A stretch of 25,158 nt of DNA from the NCBI GenBank assembly GCA_021799835.1, contig JAJYZQ010000001.1:1-25158 (forward strand), in the 5' to 3' direction. The position numbers and the translations under genes are program-made. A model generated the notes under the pieces. It ran no database searches and was not told the DNA's origin. It saw nothing but the letters and a program-made list of their open reading frames with translations. Source of the stretch: a bacterium. GTDB lineage: Bacteria; Patescibacteriota; Minisyncoccia; JAJYZQ01. Positions 7,190-16,090 of this stretch are shown here, piece by piece (position 1 is the first letter of the stretch; each line of letters starts with the position of its first letter).

Positions 7190-10100
7190 ATGACTTTTAC
7201 GCATCTTCACACACACTCACATTATTCGCTTTTGGATGGGCTCGCAAAAGTCCCTGATTTGGTAAATCGGGCAAAAGAGCTCGGCATGGATGCGCTAGCG
7301 TTGACGGATCACGGCGTGATGTACGGCGCTATAGAATTTTATAAAGCCGCAAAAGCGGCAGGCATCAAACCGATCATTGGAGAGGAATTTTACTTGGCCG
7401 CAGGATCATATACCAGCAAGAATCGTGAAACGGACTATAAGCGGTATCATATCGTGCTCTTAGCAAAAGATAACGAAGGGTATCGCAATCTTATCCAGCT
7501 TACCACAGAGGCGCATCTCAATGGCTTTTATTATAAGCCACGCATAGATAAAGAGCTTCTCCGCAAGCATCACCAGGGCCTGATAGCGCTTTCTGCGTGT
7601 TTGGCGGGGGAGATTCCTCAGGCGATCCTTGCCGGTGTGTCCAAAAAAGAATTGGATCGTCTTGTTGCCATCTATAGCGATATTTTTGGCAAAGAAGATT
7701 TTTATATAGAGTTGCAGCATCATCCTAACATTCCGCAGCAGGAAAAGGTCAATCAACAATTGATCGCTCTGGCATATCAGCACGGCCTGAAGCTGGTCGC
7801 GACGAATGATATTCATTATTTGCTTGCTGAGGATGGCCCTGCGCAAGATATTTTGGTTGCTGTGCAAACAAATAAGTCTTTGCGCGATGAAAATCGGCTT
7901 TCTATGGTGAATGAGAATTTTTCTATGAAGTCTCCAGAGGAGATGGAAGAAGCATTCAGTAGTGTTCCCGAGGCAATAACCAATACTGCAGAAGTGGCTG
8001 AAAAATGTACTGTTGAATTAGAGTTGGGGAAAATTCAACTGCCCTTTTATAAGATTCCTGAGAGCCATACCTATGAATCCTATGTGCGGGAATTGTGTCA
8101 TATAGGGTTACAAAAGCGTTTTGGATTCGCTACTAATGATACAAAACTATTTCCCCGGGATACTCAAGGGGTGATTATAGTGGGTGCCAACCGTGACGAG
8201 CATACCCGCACGATCCTTGAGCGATTCAATTATGAAATGTCCATTATTGAGAAGACCGGTTTCGCTTCCTATTTCTTGATCGTGCAAGATTTTGTGAACT
8301 GGGCGAAAGATAATGGCATTGTGGTGGGGCCGGGCCGCGGATCTGCTGCAGGATCATTAGTGGCGTATCTCTTGGGCATTACCAACATTGATCCGCTGAA
8401 GTATGACCTTCTGTTTGAGCGGTTTCTGAATCCAGAGCGCATTAGTATGCCGGATATTGATATGGATTTTGCAGATGCGCGCCGCGACGAGGTGCTTGCA
8501 TACGTGGCGCAGCGGTATGGGCGCAACCATGTGGCGCAGATCATCACCTTTGGTACAATGGCATCAAAGGCAGCTATTCGCGATGTTGGGCGGTCATTGG
8601 GTTATGAATACTCTTACTGCGACAACATTGCTAAAATGGTGCCGTTCGGTTGGAATCTCAAGCAAACATTGGACGGCGACCAAGAATTTCAGCGGCTCTA
8701 TAATACTGATGATAAGGCGCGCCGGCTGATAGATTTTGCGTTGAAGCTGGAAGGAGTGTCGCGCCATGCATCTACGCATGCGTGCGGCGTGGTAATTACT
8801 AAAGATCCTTTAGAGCAGATCGTAGCACTCCAGTATGCGTCCCGATCAAAGTCGGCGGTCACAGGTGCGGCAAATGCGGACGATGCAGGAAATGAGAGCG
8901 GAGGAGAATCTGCAGCAGTAGCCCAGTATGTTTCCCATGAAGCATATAATGCCATCAAGAATTCCCCGCAGAACGTAGTGACGCAGTATGAGATGCACGC
9001 CATTGAAGATCTTGGATTGCTGAAAATGGACTTTCTTGGCTTAAGAAACCTTACGATCATTGAAAACACACTCAAGCTAATCAAAAAGATCCACAACGTG
9101 GATATTGATATTGATGCATTGCCGCTTGATGATGATCAGACGTTTGCGTTGTTCCGCCGCGGTAATACAACCGGCGTATTTCAGTTTGAATCTGCAGGTA
9201 TGAAGCGCTATCTGAAAGAGCTGAAGTCAACGAATATTGAAGACGTGATCGCTATGGTTGCGCTGTATCGTCCCGGCCCGATCCAATTCATTCCGGATTA
9301 CATTGATCGCAAGCACGGCCGTACGCCGGTCACGTATCTGGATCCGCGGCTTGAGCCGATAATGGAAAATACGTATGGCGTTATGGTGTATCAAGAGCAG
9401 CTGATGCGCCTTTCTATGGATTTGGCGGGGTTTTCGCGGGGAGAAGCGGATGTTTTGCGCAAAGCAGTAGGCAAAAAGATTAAAGCTCTTCTTGATGAGC
9501 AGAAGACAAAGCTGATAGAGGGAATGATCAAAAATGGTGTGCAAAAAAATACAGCCCAGCAGATATGGGATTCTATAGAGCCGTTTGCAAGCTACGGCTT
9601 TAATCGGAGCCATTCCGTATGCTATGCAGTCATTGCCTATCAAACAGCATACCTCAAGAGCCATTATCCGGCAGAGTTTATGGCAGTGCTTTTAGGCTAT
9701 GATGCGCTGGATATTGAACGAACGGCGTTTCTCATTGACGAGTGTAAAGCTATGGATATCCCCGTATTTTCGCCGGATATCAATGAAAGCAAGGAAAATT
9801 TTACGGTGATCTCAGCACAAGGAAAGCAGGGGAAAGATAGCATTCGTTTCGGCCTGTCCGCCATTAAAAATGTCAGTGCAAATATGGTAAGGGCGATCAT
9901 AGAGGAGCGTCGTGTGGGAGGAAGATTCCATTCTATGGAGGATTTTGTGTTTCGTATGGATCCCACAGCGCTCAATAAAAAATCTCTAGAGGCGCTGATC
10001 AAGTCAGGCGCGTTTGATTCATTGGGCGAGCGCAATGCTTTGTTGGAAAACTTGGAGCATATGCTGCATGCGGTGCGCAAGCTGAATACCATGGTCAGCG

Positions 10101-10591
10101 GTGGCCAGATGGGATTGTTTGATGTCGCACCAAGCGATGATGCTGCCAGTGCACATAACGGATTTCTCTTTAAGATAGAAATGAAAAAAGCCACCCCTGC
10201 CTCGCCTCAAGAAAAGCTTTTTTGGGAAAAAGATCTTTTGGGGTTATATACATCCGGACATCCTATGGCGGATGTCTACGTCTCAAAAGGCACGCGGAAA
10301 ATAGGGGATTGTTATCAGGCCACGGTCAATCCCGCAAATCCGCCGGTGGTGCAGGTTGCCGGCATTGTCAATAAAATCAAGCGCAATTTAACCAAGAAGG
10401 GTGAGTTGATGCTTTTTGTAGAAGTTGAGGATACGACGGGAAAAATAGAGCTGGTGGTGTTTCCGCGCGTACTTGCCCAGTCTATGGATCTTTGGCGCGA
10501 ACGGAATATCATATCTGTATCGGGCAGGCTTGACAATCGGGGCAATTCGTTAAAAATTGTATGCAATAATGCGCAATTGATAGAAGTGTAA
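7190..10591 (+). CDS. dnaE: DNA polymerase III alpha subunit
   Basis: PHP domain (HLHTHSHYSLLDG, TDHG, TNDIHY), GPGRGSAAGSLVAY, catalytic MPDIDMDF and KMDFLGL, YGFNRSH, C-terminal OB fold. Confidence 0.99.
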   Translation: MTFTHLHTHSHYSLLDGLAKVPDLVNRAKELGMDALALTDHGVMYGAIEFYKAAKAAGIKPIIGEEFYLAAGSYTSKNRETDYKRYHIVLLAKDNEGYRNLIQLTTEAHLNGFYYKPRIDKELLRKHHQGLIALSACLAGEIPQAILAGVSKKELDRLVAIYSDIFGKEDFYIELQHHPNIPQQEKVNQQLIALAYQHGLKLVATNDIHYLLAEDGPAQDILVAVQTNKSLRDENRLSMVNENFSMKSPEEMEEAFSSVPEAITNTAEVAEKCTVELELGKIQLPFYKIPESHTYESYVRELCHIGLQKRFGFATNDTKLFPRDTQGVIIVGANRDEHTRTILERFNYEMSIIEKTGFASYFLIVQDFVNWAKDNGIVVGPGRGSAAGSLVAYLLGITNIDPLKYDLLFERFLNPERISMPDIDMDFADARRDEVLAYVAQRYGRNHVAQIITFGTMASKAAIRDVGRSLGYEYSYCDNIAKMVPFGWNLKQTLDGDQEFQRLYNTDDKARRLIDFALKLEGVSRHASTHACGVVITKDPLEQIVALQYASRSKSAVTGAANADDAGNESGGESAAVAQYVSHEAYNAIKNSPQNVVTQYEMHAIEDLGLLKMDFLGLRNLTIIENTLKLIKKIHNVDIDIDALPLDDDQTFALFRRGNTTGVFQFESAGMKRYLKELKSTNIEDVIAMVALYRPGPIQFIPDYIDRKHGRTPVTYLDPRLEPIMENTYGVMVYQEQLMRLSMDLAGFSRGEADVLRKAVGKKIKALLDEQKTKLIEGMIKNGVQKNTAQQIWDSIEPFASYGFNRSHSVCYAVIAYQTAYLKSHYPAEFMAVLLGYDALDIERTAFLIDECKAMDIPVFSPDINESKENFTVISAQGKQGKDSIRFGLSAIKNVSANMVRAIIEERRVGGRFHSMEDFVFRMDPTALNKKSLEALIKSGAFDSLGERNALLENLEHMLHAVRKLNTMVSGGQMGLFDVAPSDDAASAHNGFLFKIEMKKATPASPQEKLFWEKDLLGLYTSGHPMADVYVSKGTRKIGDCYQATVNPANPPVVQVAGIVNKIKRNLTKKGELMLFVEVEDTTGKIELVVFPRVLAQSMDLWRERNIISVSGRLDNRGNSLKIVCNNAQLIEV

Positions 10592-10602
10592 TAATACTAA
10601 CT

Positions 10603-12444
10603 ATGCAAAATAAACATTCTCGCTCGTCAGCAAAGAAGCTATCCAGAGAAAAAAAGCCGGACATTGAGATGATCCGACACTCACTGGCTCACCTTATGGC
10701 GGCTGCTATCAGCAAATTGTATAGCGGTGCAAAATTTGGCGTAGGCCCTGCGATAGATAATGGTTTTTATTATGATGTTGAGCTGCCGGATGGCGCGATG
10801 CCCGATCTGCATCGTATAGAGCAGGAAATGCGTCGCTTGGCAAAACAAAACCTGTCCTATGTGCGCAAAGAAATGCCGATCAAAGAAGCAGTTGCATTAT
10901 TTGATAAATTGGATCAGCCATACAAGCTGGATCTTTTGAACGATCTCGCACAGCTTGGCACGACAGATGCGCAAGCGATCAAGGAATTGCGCGAAGTTGC
11001 GGATGGTGCAAGGGGTGCAAAATCAGTAAGCGTTTATGAAACGGGAGAGTTTGTTGATCTTTGCCGCGGCCCGCACGTGAAAACGACCGCTCAATTGCCT
11101 TTGGAAGGATTAAAGCTCACGAAAATAGCGGGTGCATATTGGCGGGGTAATGCACAGAACACGATGTTGTCGCGCATTTATGGCGTCGCGTTTGCGACGA
11201 AGGCGGAGCTGGAAGACTATATAAAACTGCAGGAAGAAATAGAGCGGCGCGATCATCGCACTATTGCGAAGCGCCTCAAGCTCTTTACATTTTCCGAAGA
11301 TGTCGGGCCAGGCCTGCCGATATGGTTGCCGAATGGCGCACGGCTTTTACAGCTCTTAGAAAATTATGTGCGCGACGAAGAGGAAAAGGCAGGGTATCAG
11401 CACGTGCAGATGATGCACATTGCGCGGAAGCGCCTCTATGAGATATCTGGCCACTGGGAGCACTACAAGGAAGATATGTATGCGCCTATTGATGTGGACG
11501 GCGATCAATATGTGTTGAAGCCGATGAACTGCCCACATCACATTATGGTCTATAAGAATGATCCACATAGCTATAGGGATCTGCCGCTTCGTATAGCAGA
11601 AATGGCAACCGTGTACCGCTATGAAAAATCGGGCGAACTGCTCGGACTTTCTCGCGTACGCGGTTTTACCCAGAACGATGCGCATATTTTCTGCACGCTT
11701 GATCAGATTGACCGCGAGTTCACACAGTTTTTTCTGTTAATGAAAAAGATATACAAGCGCGCAGGCATTAAGGATTACTGGGTGCGGTTGTCGCTGCACG
11801 ACTCTCCTGATCTTGCTAAGTATGTGCATAATGAAAAGATGTGGAAATCAGCCGAAGCCGCATTGGAAAAGGCGCTTATCACGGCAAAAGTTCCGTACAG
11901 GAAAGTGAAAGGTGAGGCGGCGTTCTATGGGCCAAAGGCGGATATTATGGCAAAAGATGTTCTGGGTCGCGAGTATGCCATTTCCACCATTCAAATAGAT
12001 TTTTTCCTGCCGGAGCGGTTTGATCTGGAATATGTCGGCAAGGACGGCGCGAAATATCGCCCGGTAATGATTCATCGCGCTATTCTGGGGTCTGTTGAAC
12101 GATTCATTGCATTTTTACTTGAGCACACGGGTTGCGATTTGCCGCTTTGGTTGGCGCCGCGGCAGATAGCATTGATCACCGTTGCTGATAAACACACTGC
12201 ATACGCAAAAACGGCCTCCGCTGAATTGCGCAAAAACGGCTTCCGCGTGTGGGAATTGTTTGATAATGAAAGCGTTGGCAAAAAAACTCGCGAGGCACAA
12301 CTCCAAAAACTCCCGTATATAGCGGTCATCGGTGACCAAGAAAAGAAAAGCAAAACGATAACGGTACGGAAAAGCACCGCAAAGAAACTTACTACGTTTA
12401 AGCTATCAGCGCTGGTAGAGAAAATGCAGAAAGAGACCAGGTAA
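10603..12444 (+). CDS. thrS: Threonine--tRNA ligase (no N-terminal TGS domain)
   Basis: RHSLAH, DLCRGPH, GAYWRG, KPMNCPHH, YRYEKSGELLGLSRVRGFTQNDAH, AFYGPK, MIHRAILGSVERF. Confidence 0.99.
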   Translation: MQNKHSRSSAKKLSREKKPDIEMIRHSLAHLMAAAISKLYSGAKFGVGPAIDNGFYYDVELPDGAMPDLHRIEQEMRRLAKQNLSYVRKEMPIKEAVALFDKLDQPYKLDLLNDLAQLGTTDAQAIKELREVADGARGAKSVSVYETGEFVDLCRGPHVKTTAQLPLEGLKLTKIAGAYWRGNAQNTMLSRIYGVAFATKAELEDYIKLQEEIERRDHRTIAKRLKLFTFSEDVGPGLPIWLPNGARLLQLLENYVRDEEEKAGYQHVQMMHIARKRLYEISGHWEHYKEDMYAPIDVDGDQYVLKPMNCPHHIMVYKNDPHSYRDLPLRIAEMATVYRYEKSGELLGLSRVRGFTQNDAHIFCTLDQIDREFTQFFLLMKKIYKRAGIKDYWVRLSLHDSPDLAKYVHNEKMWKSAEAALEKALITAKVPYRKVKGEAAFYGPKADIMAKDVLGREYAISTIQIDFFLPERFDLEYVGKDGAKYRPVMIHRAILGSVERFIAFLLEHTGCDLPLWLAPRQIALITVADKHTAYAKTASAELRKNGFRVWELFDNESVGKKTREAQLQKLPYIAVIGDQEKKSKTITVRKSTAKKLTTFKLSALVEKMQKETR

Positions 12445-12465
12445 TAGTTTGACTGATGAAAAGCA

Positions 12466-12502
12466 AAAGCGGCCATTCACTCTGAGAGTGTCTGGCCGCT
12501 TT
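12466..12502. terminator. Bidirectional terminator-like hairpin between thrS and Cys/His microprotein 1
   Basis: AAAGCGGCCA-tt-CACTC-tga-GAGTG-tc-TGGCCGCTTT. Confidence 0.7.
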
Positions 12503-12503
12503 G

Positions 12504-12740
12504 TTATTGGGCAGGTCGTTGGCATTTGCTATGCCGATACCCTGCATTGCCGCCAACGCGGCCCGAAAGGACAATCTTTTTTGAGAATTCTGTGCAGCGG
12601 TCACAGCCCTCTTTACCACACACAAGACAACGCTTTCTCTGGTTGGGCTCTTCTCTGCCGTTCTCAGTTTGCCGGGGCTTTTTATGAATCGGCGCTCCGC
12701 AATGCTTGCAGCGATGATGGGGGTGATCTTTCCATCCCAT
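12504..12740 (-). CDS. Small Cys/His-rich putative zinc-binding protein, paralog 1 (78 aa)
   Basis: AAGGAGGG Shine-Dalgarno 6 nt before ATG 12740; C-x2-C-x23-C-x2-C-x4-C-x2-C-x20-H-x2-C; clear paralog of the next ORF. Confidence 0.8.
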   Translation of the reverse strand: MGWKDHPHHRCKHCGAPIHKKPRQTENGREEPNQRKRCLVCGKEGCDRCTEFSKKIVLSGRVGGNAGYRHSKCQRPAQ

Positions 12741-12767
12741 ACTCATCCCTCCTTTTCTATGATGTGT

Positions 12768-12796
12768 ACAGTACAAAATACTGCACATCCTGTCAA
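12768..12796 (-). promoter_or_regulatory. Promoter of microprotein 1
   Basis: TTGACA-17 bp-TACTGT. Confidence 0.65.
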
Positions 12797-12798
12797 TG

Positions 12799-12818
12799 AA
12801 AAAGGGCGCCGCAGCGCC
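12799..12818 (-). terminator. Intrinsic terminator after microprotein 2
   Basis: On the minus strand, GGCGC-tgcg-GCGCC followed by CTTTTT, just past the TGA at 12824. Confidence 0.55.
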
Positions 12819-12823
12819 AACGA

Positions 12824-13042
12824 TCAGGAAATGGAATGGCAGGTCTTATGCCGAAATCCTTGGTTGTTTGAGCCGGTGTCTTTAATGCGCGTGCAGCAGG
12901 CATCGCAGCCTTCTGTGCCGCATATCTTGCACGTGCGGCGCTTATTCGGCCCGTGCTTGATAGTGCCATACCACGACAATCCCTTATGGACCGGTTCATT
13001 GCAGTGTGCGCACCGTTGGTTCGGATGATCATTCCATCCCAC
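12824..13042 (-). CDS. Small Cys/His-rich putative zinc-binding protein, paralog 2 (72 aa)
   Basis: AGGGAGGG Shine-Dalgarno 7 nt before GTG 13042; same ligand spacing as paralog 1; 24 of the first 49 residues identical. Confidence 0.8.
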   Translation of the reverse strand: MGWNDHPNQRCAHCNEPVHKGLSWYGTIKHGPNKRRTCKICGTEGCDACCTRIKDTGSNNQGFRHKTCHSIS

Positions 13043-13075
13043 AGGAGATCCCTCCCTTATGCAAAGAATGAGTGT

Positions 13076-13104
13076 ATAGTGGAGTAAAACCGCCATATTG
13101 TCAA
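13076..13104 (-). promoter_or_regulatory. Promoter of microprotein 2
   Basis: TTGACA-17 bp-CACTAT. Confidence 0.5.
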
Positions 13105-13141
13105 TTGCGCAGAGTAAAAAGAGTTACCGAGTTGAATATGA

Positions 13142-13645
13142 TCACAAGAATTTTCCGGCGAGAATGCCTACTCCTATCGCTGCCCCGCCCACAATAAGCA
13201 TTTCTAGACCATTGCGGAATATGTGCCGCCGAGCAAATTTTCCACTGGTAATGCCGATAAGAAAAAGTGTTATCAAAGAGAGGATGACGGAAATGGCAAG
13301 TGCGTGGGTGCGGAAGATAAGATAAGGGAAGAGCGGTATGAATCCTACGGCAATAAATGATATGAACATCACTGCGCTAACCTGTATAGATACGATCAGA
13401 GGAGGTTCTTTGCTGTCTGTTAAAAAATCTTCCGCAGCGCGCTCTGAGAGAAACGCTCCAGCGGCCATAGAAAAGCCCTCTACGAGCAAATAAATGATGC
13501 CGGTGGCAAGAATGGTGTTTACGGTATGTTGAGACGAGATAGCGATACCAGATAATAATCCTACAGTAGACACGAGACTGTCTTCAACGCCGAATATAAG
13601 GCTGCGCACATAAGAAGAAGTTTTGGTATGTGTAAAATGCACCAT
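13142..13645 (-). CDS. VIT1/CCC1 family Fe/Mn transporter (short form)
   Basis: IFGVEDSLVSTVGLLSG and GFSMAAGAFLSE motifs; five hydrophobic segments. Confidence 0.88.
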   Translation of the reverse strand: MVHFTHTKTSSYVRSLIFGVEDSLVSTVGLLSGIAISSQHTVNTILATGIIYLLVEGFSMAAGAFLSERAAEDFLTDSKEPPLIVSIQVSAVMFISFIAVGFIPLFPYLIFRTHALAISVILSLITLFLIGITSGKFARRHIFRNGLEMLIVGGAAIGVGILAGKFL

Positions 13646-13656
13646 ACGTGCAAAAG

Positions 13657-14343
13657 TCAGTTATTATTGTTGTTGATGAATGCGCGCAGCGTTGCGTCGC
13701 CGTTGGCAACAATGAAGAAATTGTTTACGGATGCGTATGATAGTAACATATTATCTGTGGCAAGAGAGCTCAGTTCGTTGATGTTTGTTTGGCGATAAGG
13801 ATGGGTAGATAGGAGAAAGTCACTCTTGAGTGCGGTTTGAACGTCAGCGAGGTCATGTTCAAATTCTGCATTATTCTGGGGATTTTGGGTAAAAACAACT
13901 GCCCAGGAATGGTCAGGGTATTCAAAGACGTAAAAATTTCCTTGGAAAATGGATGGATATGCTGTGGCTATATCAAATCTCGCGGCTTTGAAAATGTTTT
14001 GTATGATGATATAGGTTTGTTCACTGAGGGCGGGGGAGCCGGAAAGAAATTGAGTGATGTGTGGCGTATTTGCAAAGAAGTAACGAGGAGACACGCTAAG
14101 TTCCAGAGCGTATCCTGCCGGCGCTATTGCAAGGATGTCTTCAGGAGGAGCACTGAACAATTGATATGCCCATACTGCTGCTCCGCCAATGCTGATACAG
14201 AGGAGAGTAAGGAGAACTATCCACCAGCGAGAGGGAGTGAGCGGATGAATATGCAGTTCTTCGGGCGATTTTAGTTTTATGGTGTCGGAAGAATTTTGCA
14301 GAGGTTCCTTCCGGACGATCTTTATCTGCTTAAAATAATCCAT
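13657..14343 (-). CDS. Hypothetical single-pass membrane protein
   Basis: 228-aa ORF in the same orientation as its neighbours, with one TM segment (WWIVLLTLLCISIGGAAVWAY). Confidence 0.75.
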   Translation of the reverse strand: MDYFKQIKIVRKEPLQNSSDTIKLKSPEELHIHPLTPSRWWIVLLTLLCISIGGAAVWAYQLFSAPPEDILAIAPAGYALELSVSPRYFFANTPHITQFLSGSPALSEQTYIIIQNIFKAARFDIATAYPSIFQGNFYVFEYPDHSWAVVFTQNPQNNAEFEHDLADVQTALKSDFLLSTHPYRQTNINELSSLATDNMLLSYASVNNFFIVANGDATLRAFINNNNN

Positions 14344-14370
14344 AGGTAAAGTTTCCGAGAATAGCGGCCG

Positions 14371-15945
14371 TTAGTGGGTTCGGCCGATGAGATTGAACAT
14401 AGAGTTCTTTGAGGTGGCAAGCAGGAAGAGATTTTTTGCCGTAGCAAATCCGTAGTCTATGGAAAGCTGTGGCGTAGGGAAGTTCATAAAGCGGATATCA
14501 ACGCCGTTATAAGCATTGACTTGGAATGTTGTCGTAGCGGGAGAAACATTCTGTGTCTGTAATGTTGGCGCTAAGCTCGTCGGAATGCTTGGCTCCCAAG
14601 CAAGCATAAAGTTTTGCAGCGCGGTGAGGTTAGAGTACTGCGCGGCTAATCCTAGGCGATTGTTTGTGCCATCAGCATAAATGAACAGCGTATAGGTATT
14701 GGGATTGACCATACCCATTAATGTACTGAGACAGCTGCTGTTTTGCGGTTGGCTGCAAATATTTGCGGGAACTGAAACATCAAGGGCACTGAATAGGTCG
14801 CTGAGCGGCATATAGCTCGTGGCGTTTTGGTTTTGCGTCACAATAACAACGCGGGTAAACGTATTCGGAGTGTACTGTTCTTTCAATAAGCCGAGCAGAT
14901 TTATCGCAAGCAAGCTCAAGTTATTCGGATCAGCAGTGATAGTTTTTGTTGCATCAACCGAGAAAAGGGTCTGAGGAATAGGAAGGGTTTGCGCGGCAGT
15001 TGCGGGTGCGGTGGATGGCGACGTTGCTGGCGTAGTAACCGAGGCGGTTGATGGTGTGGTTGCGGGGTTGGTCGCTGAAGTGGATGGTATAGTGACCGGA
15101 GCGGTAGAGGGCTGTGTCACCGTAAGCTGCTTGCCGGTCTGATGGTGTGGCAAGTAGATGAAATCATAGTAATAAAGTCCCCCGCCGCCGAGTATGATAA
15201 CGAGAAGCAAGATAATCACTGCTGCCAAGGGAAATGTTTTGTGCGGCTGGGGGGTGCGGGGAGGAGGGGGAGTGTGCGGAGTAGGAATAGGTGGTTTTTT
15301 TGCGCCGAGTATTGGTGGAATTGGCGGCTTGGACAAGATAGGCGGTTGTTCTGCACGGGAAGCGTGAGGAATAGGAGGTTTTGTTGTATTAGGGATTGGG
15401 GGGACGTTTGCGCCAATAGGTCCTTTGCCAAAAAGCGCAGCAGGAGGAGTAAGTGAAGGCTCACCATTGCTGGGATGAGACTCTTGGGCAATGAAATGGG
15501 GAACAGGCGCTGCTGCAGAGAGTTTCGGTTTTGCGGCCTCTTCACGCATAATAGGTGGCTTGATAGGTGCAGGAGGAACTTGATTGGGAAAAGGAGAAAG
15601 CGGCGGCATCTTTGGCGCTGCGGGAAACGGCGGTTGCCCCATATCAGAAGTGGGCTTATTCAAGGGCTCCGGAGCGATAGTTGCCGGAATAGGTGCCGGT
15701 GTGCTCAATGGTTTCACCGGTTCTGTAGGTTTTGCAAATATTCCCGCAGGGGGCTGCACTGCGTTAATGCCAGGAGCAGAAGGAATTTTTTCCGGTGCGG
15801 GTGGCGCAAGAGGAGAGCGTTGAGCTGAAGGATTTTGCATATCGCCCTGCATAGTGCGAATGTCATATTCCTTCCCGCCGATATTCATAGTCTGATTTTG
15901 CTGGAGCGTGTTGAGATTTTGCGTGTTTGCTTTTTCGTTTGCCAT
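14371..15945 (-). CDS. Proline-rich single-pass membrane protein with Thr/Pro/Ser linker and globular C-terminal domain
   Basis: Pro-rich ~235-aa N-terminal region, TM segment LAAVIILLLVIILGGGGLYYY, T/P/S-rich stalk. Start taken at ATG 15945 (alternative 15972). Confidence 0.8.
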   Translation of the reverse strand: MANEKANTQNLNTLQQNQTMNIGGKEYDIRTMQGDMQNPSAQRSPLAPPAPEKIPSAPGINAVQPPAGIFAKPTEPVKPLSTPAPIPATIAPEPLNKPTSDMGQPPFPAAPKMPPLSPFPNQVPPAPIKPPIMREEAAKPKLSAAAPVPHFIAQESHPSNGEPSLTPPAALFGKGPIGANVPPIPNTTKPPIPHASRAEQPPILSKPPIPPILGAKKPPIPTPHTPPPPRTPQPHKTFPLAAVIILLLVIILGGGGLYYYDFIYLPHHQTGKQLTVTQPSTAPVTIPSTSATNPATTPSTASVTTPATSPSTAPATAAQTLPIPQTLFSVDATKTITADPNNLSLLAINLLGLLKEQYTPNTFTRVVIVTQNQNATSYMPLSDLFSALDVSVPANICSQPQNSSCLSTLMGMVNPNTYTLFIYADGTNNRLGLAAQYSNLTALQNFMLAWEPSIPTSLAPTLQTQNVSPATTTFQVNAYNGVDIRFMNFPTPQLSIDYGFATAKNLFLLATSKNSMFNLIGRTH

Positions 15946-16090
15946 AGCACAAAATCGCCGTAAAAAATGCACTGTTCAGCAGAGCTATTTATTTACTGCA
16001 ATACAATAAATGAGTGGTCTCACACAATCGCGTATATGCCCAATAAACGAGAGAGCAGAAGAGATTGGAGAGATTATTGGTATTGTACAC

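Noticed and set aside
8837-8974. Intein in DnaE
   Set aside because: Too short, no N-terminal C/S block, and the terminal N is followed by V. The usual YGFNRSH insertion site is uninterrupted.
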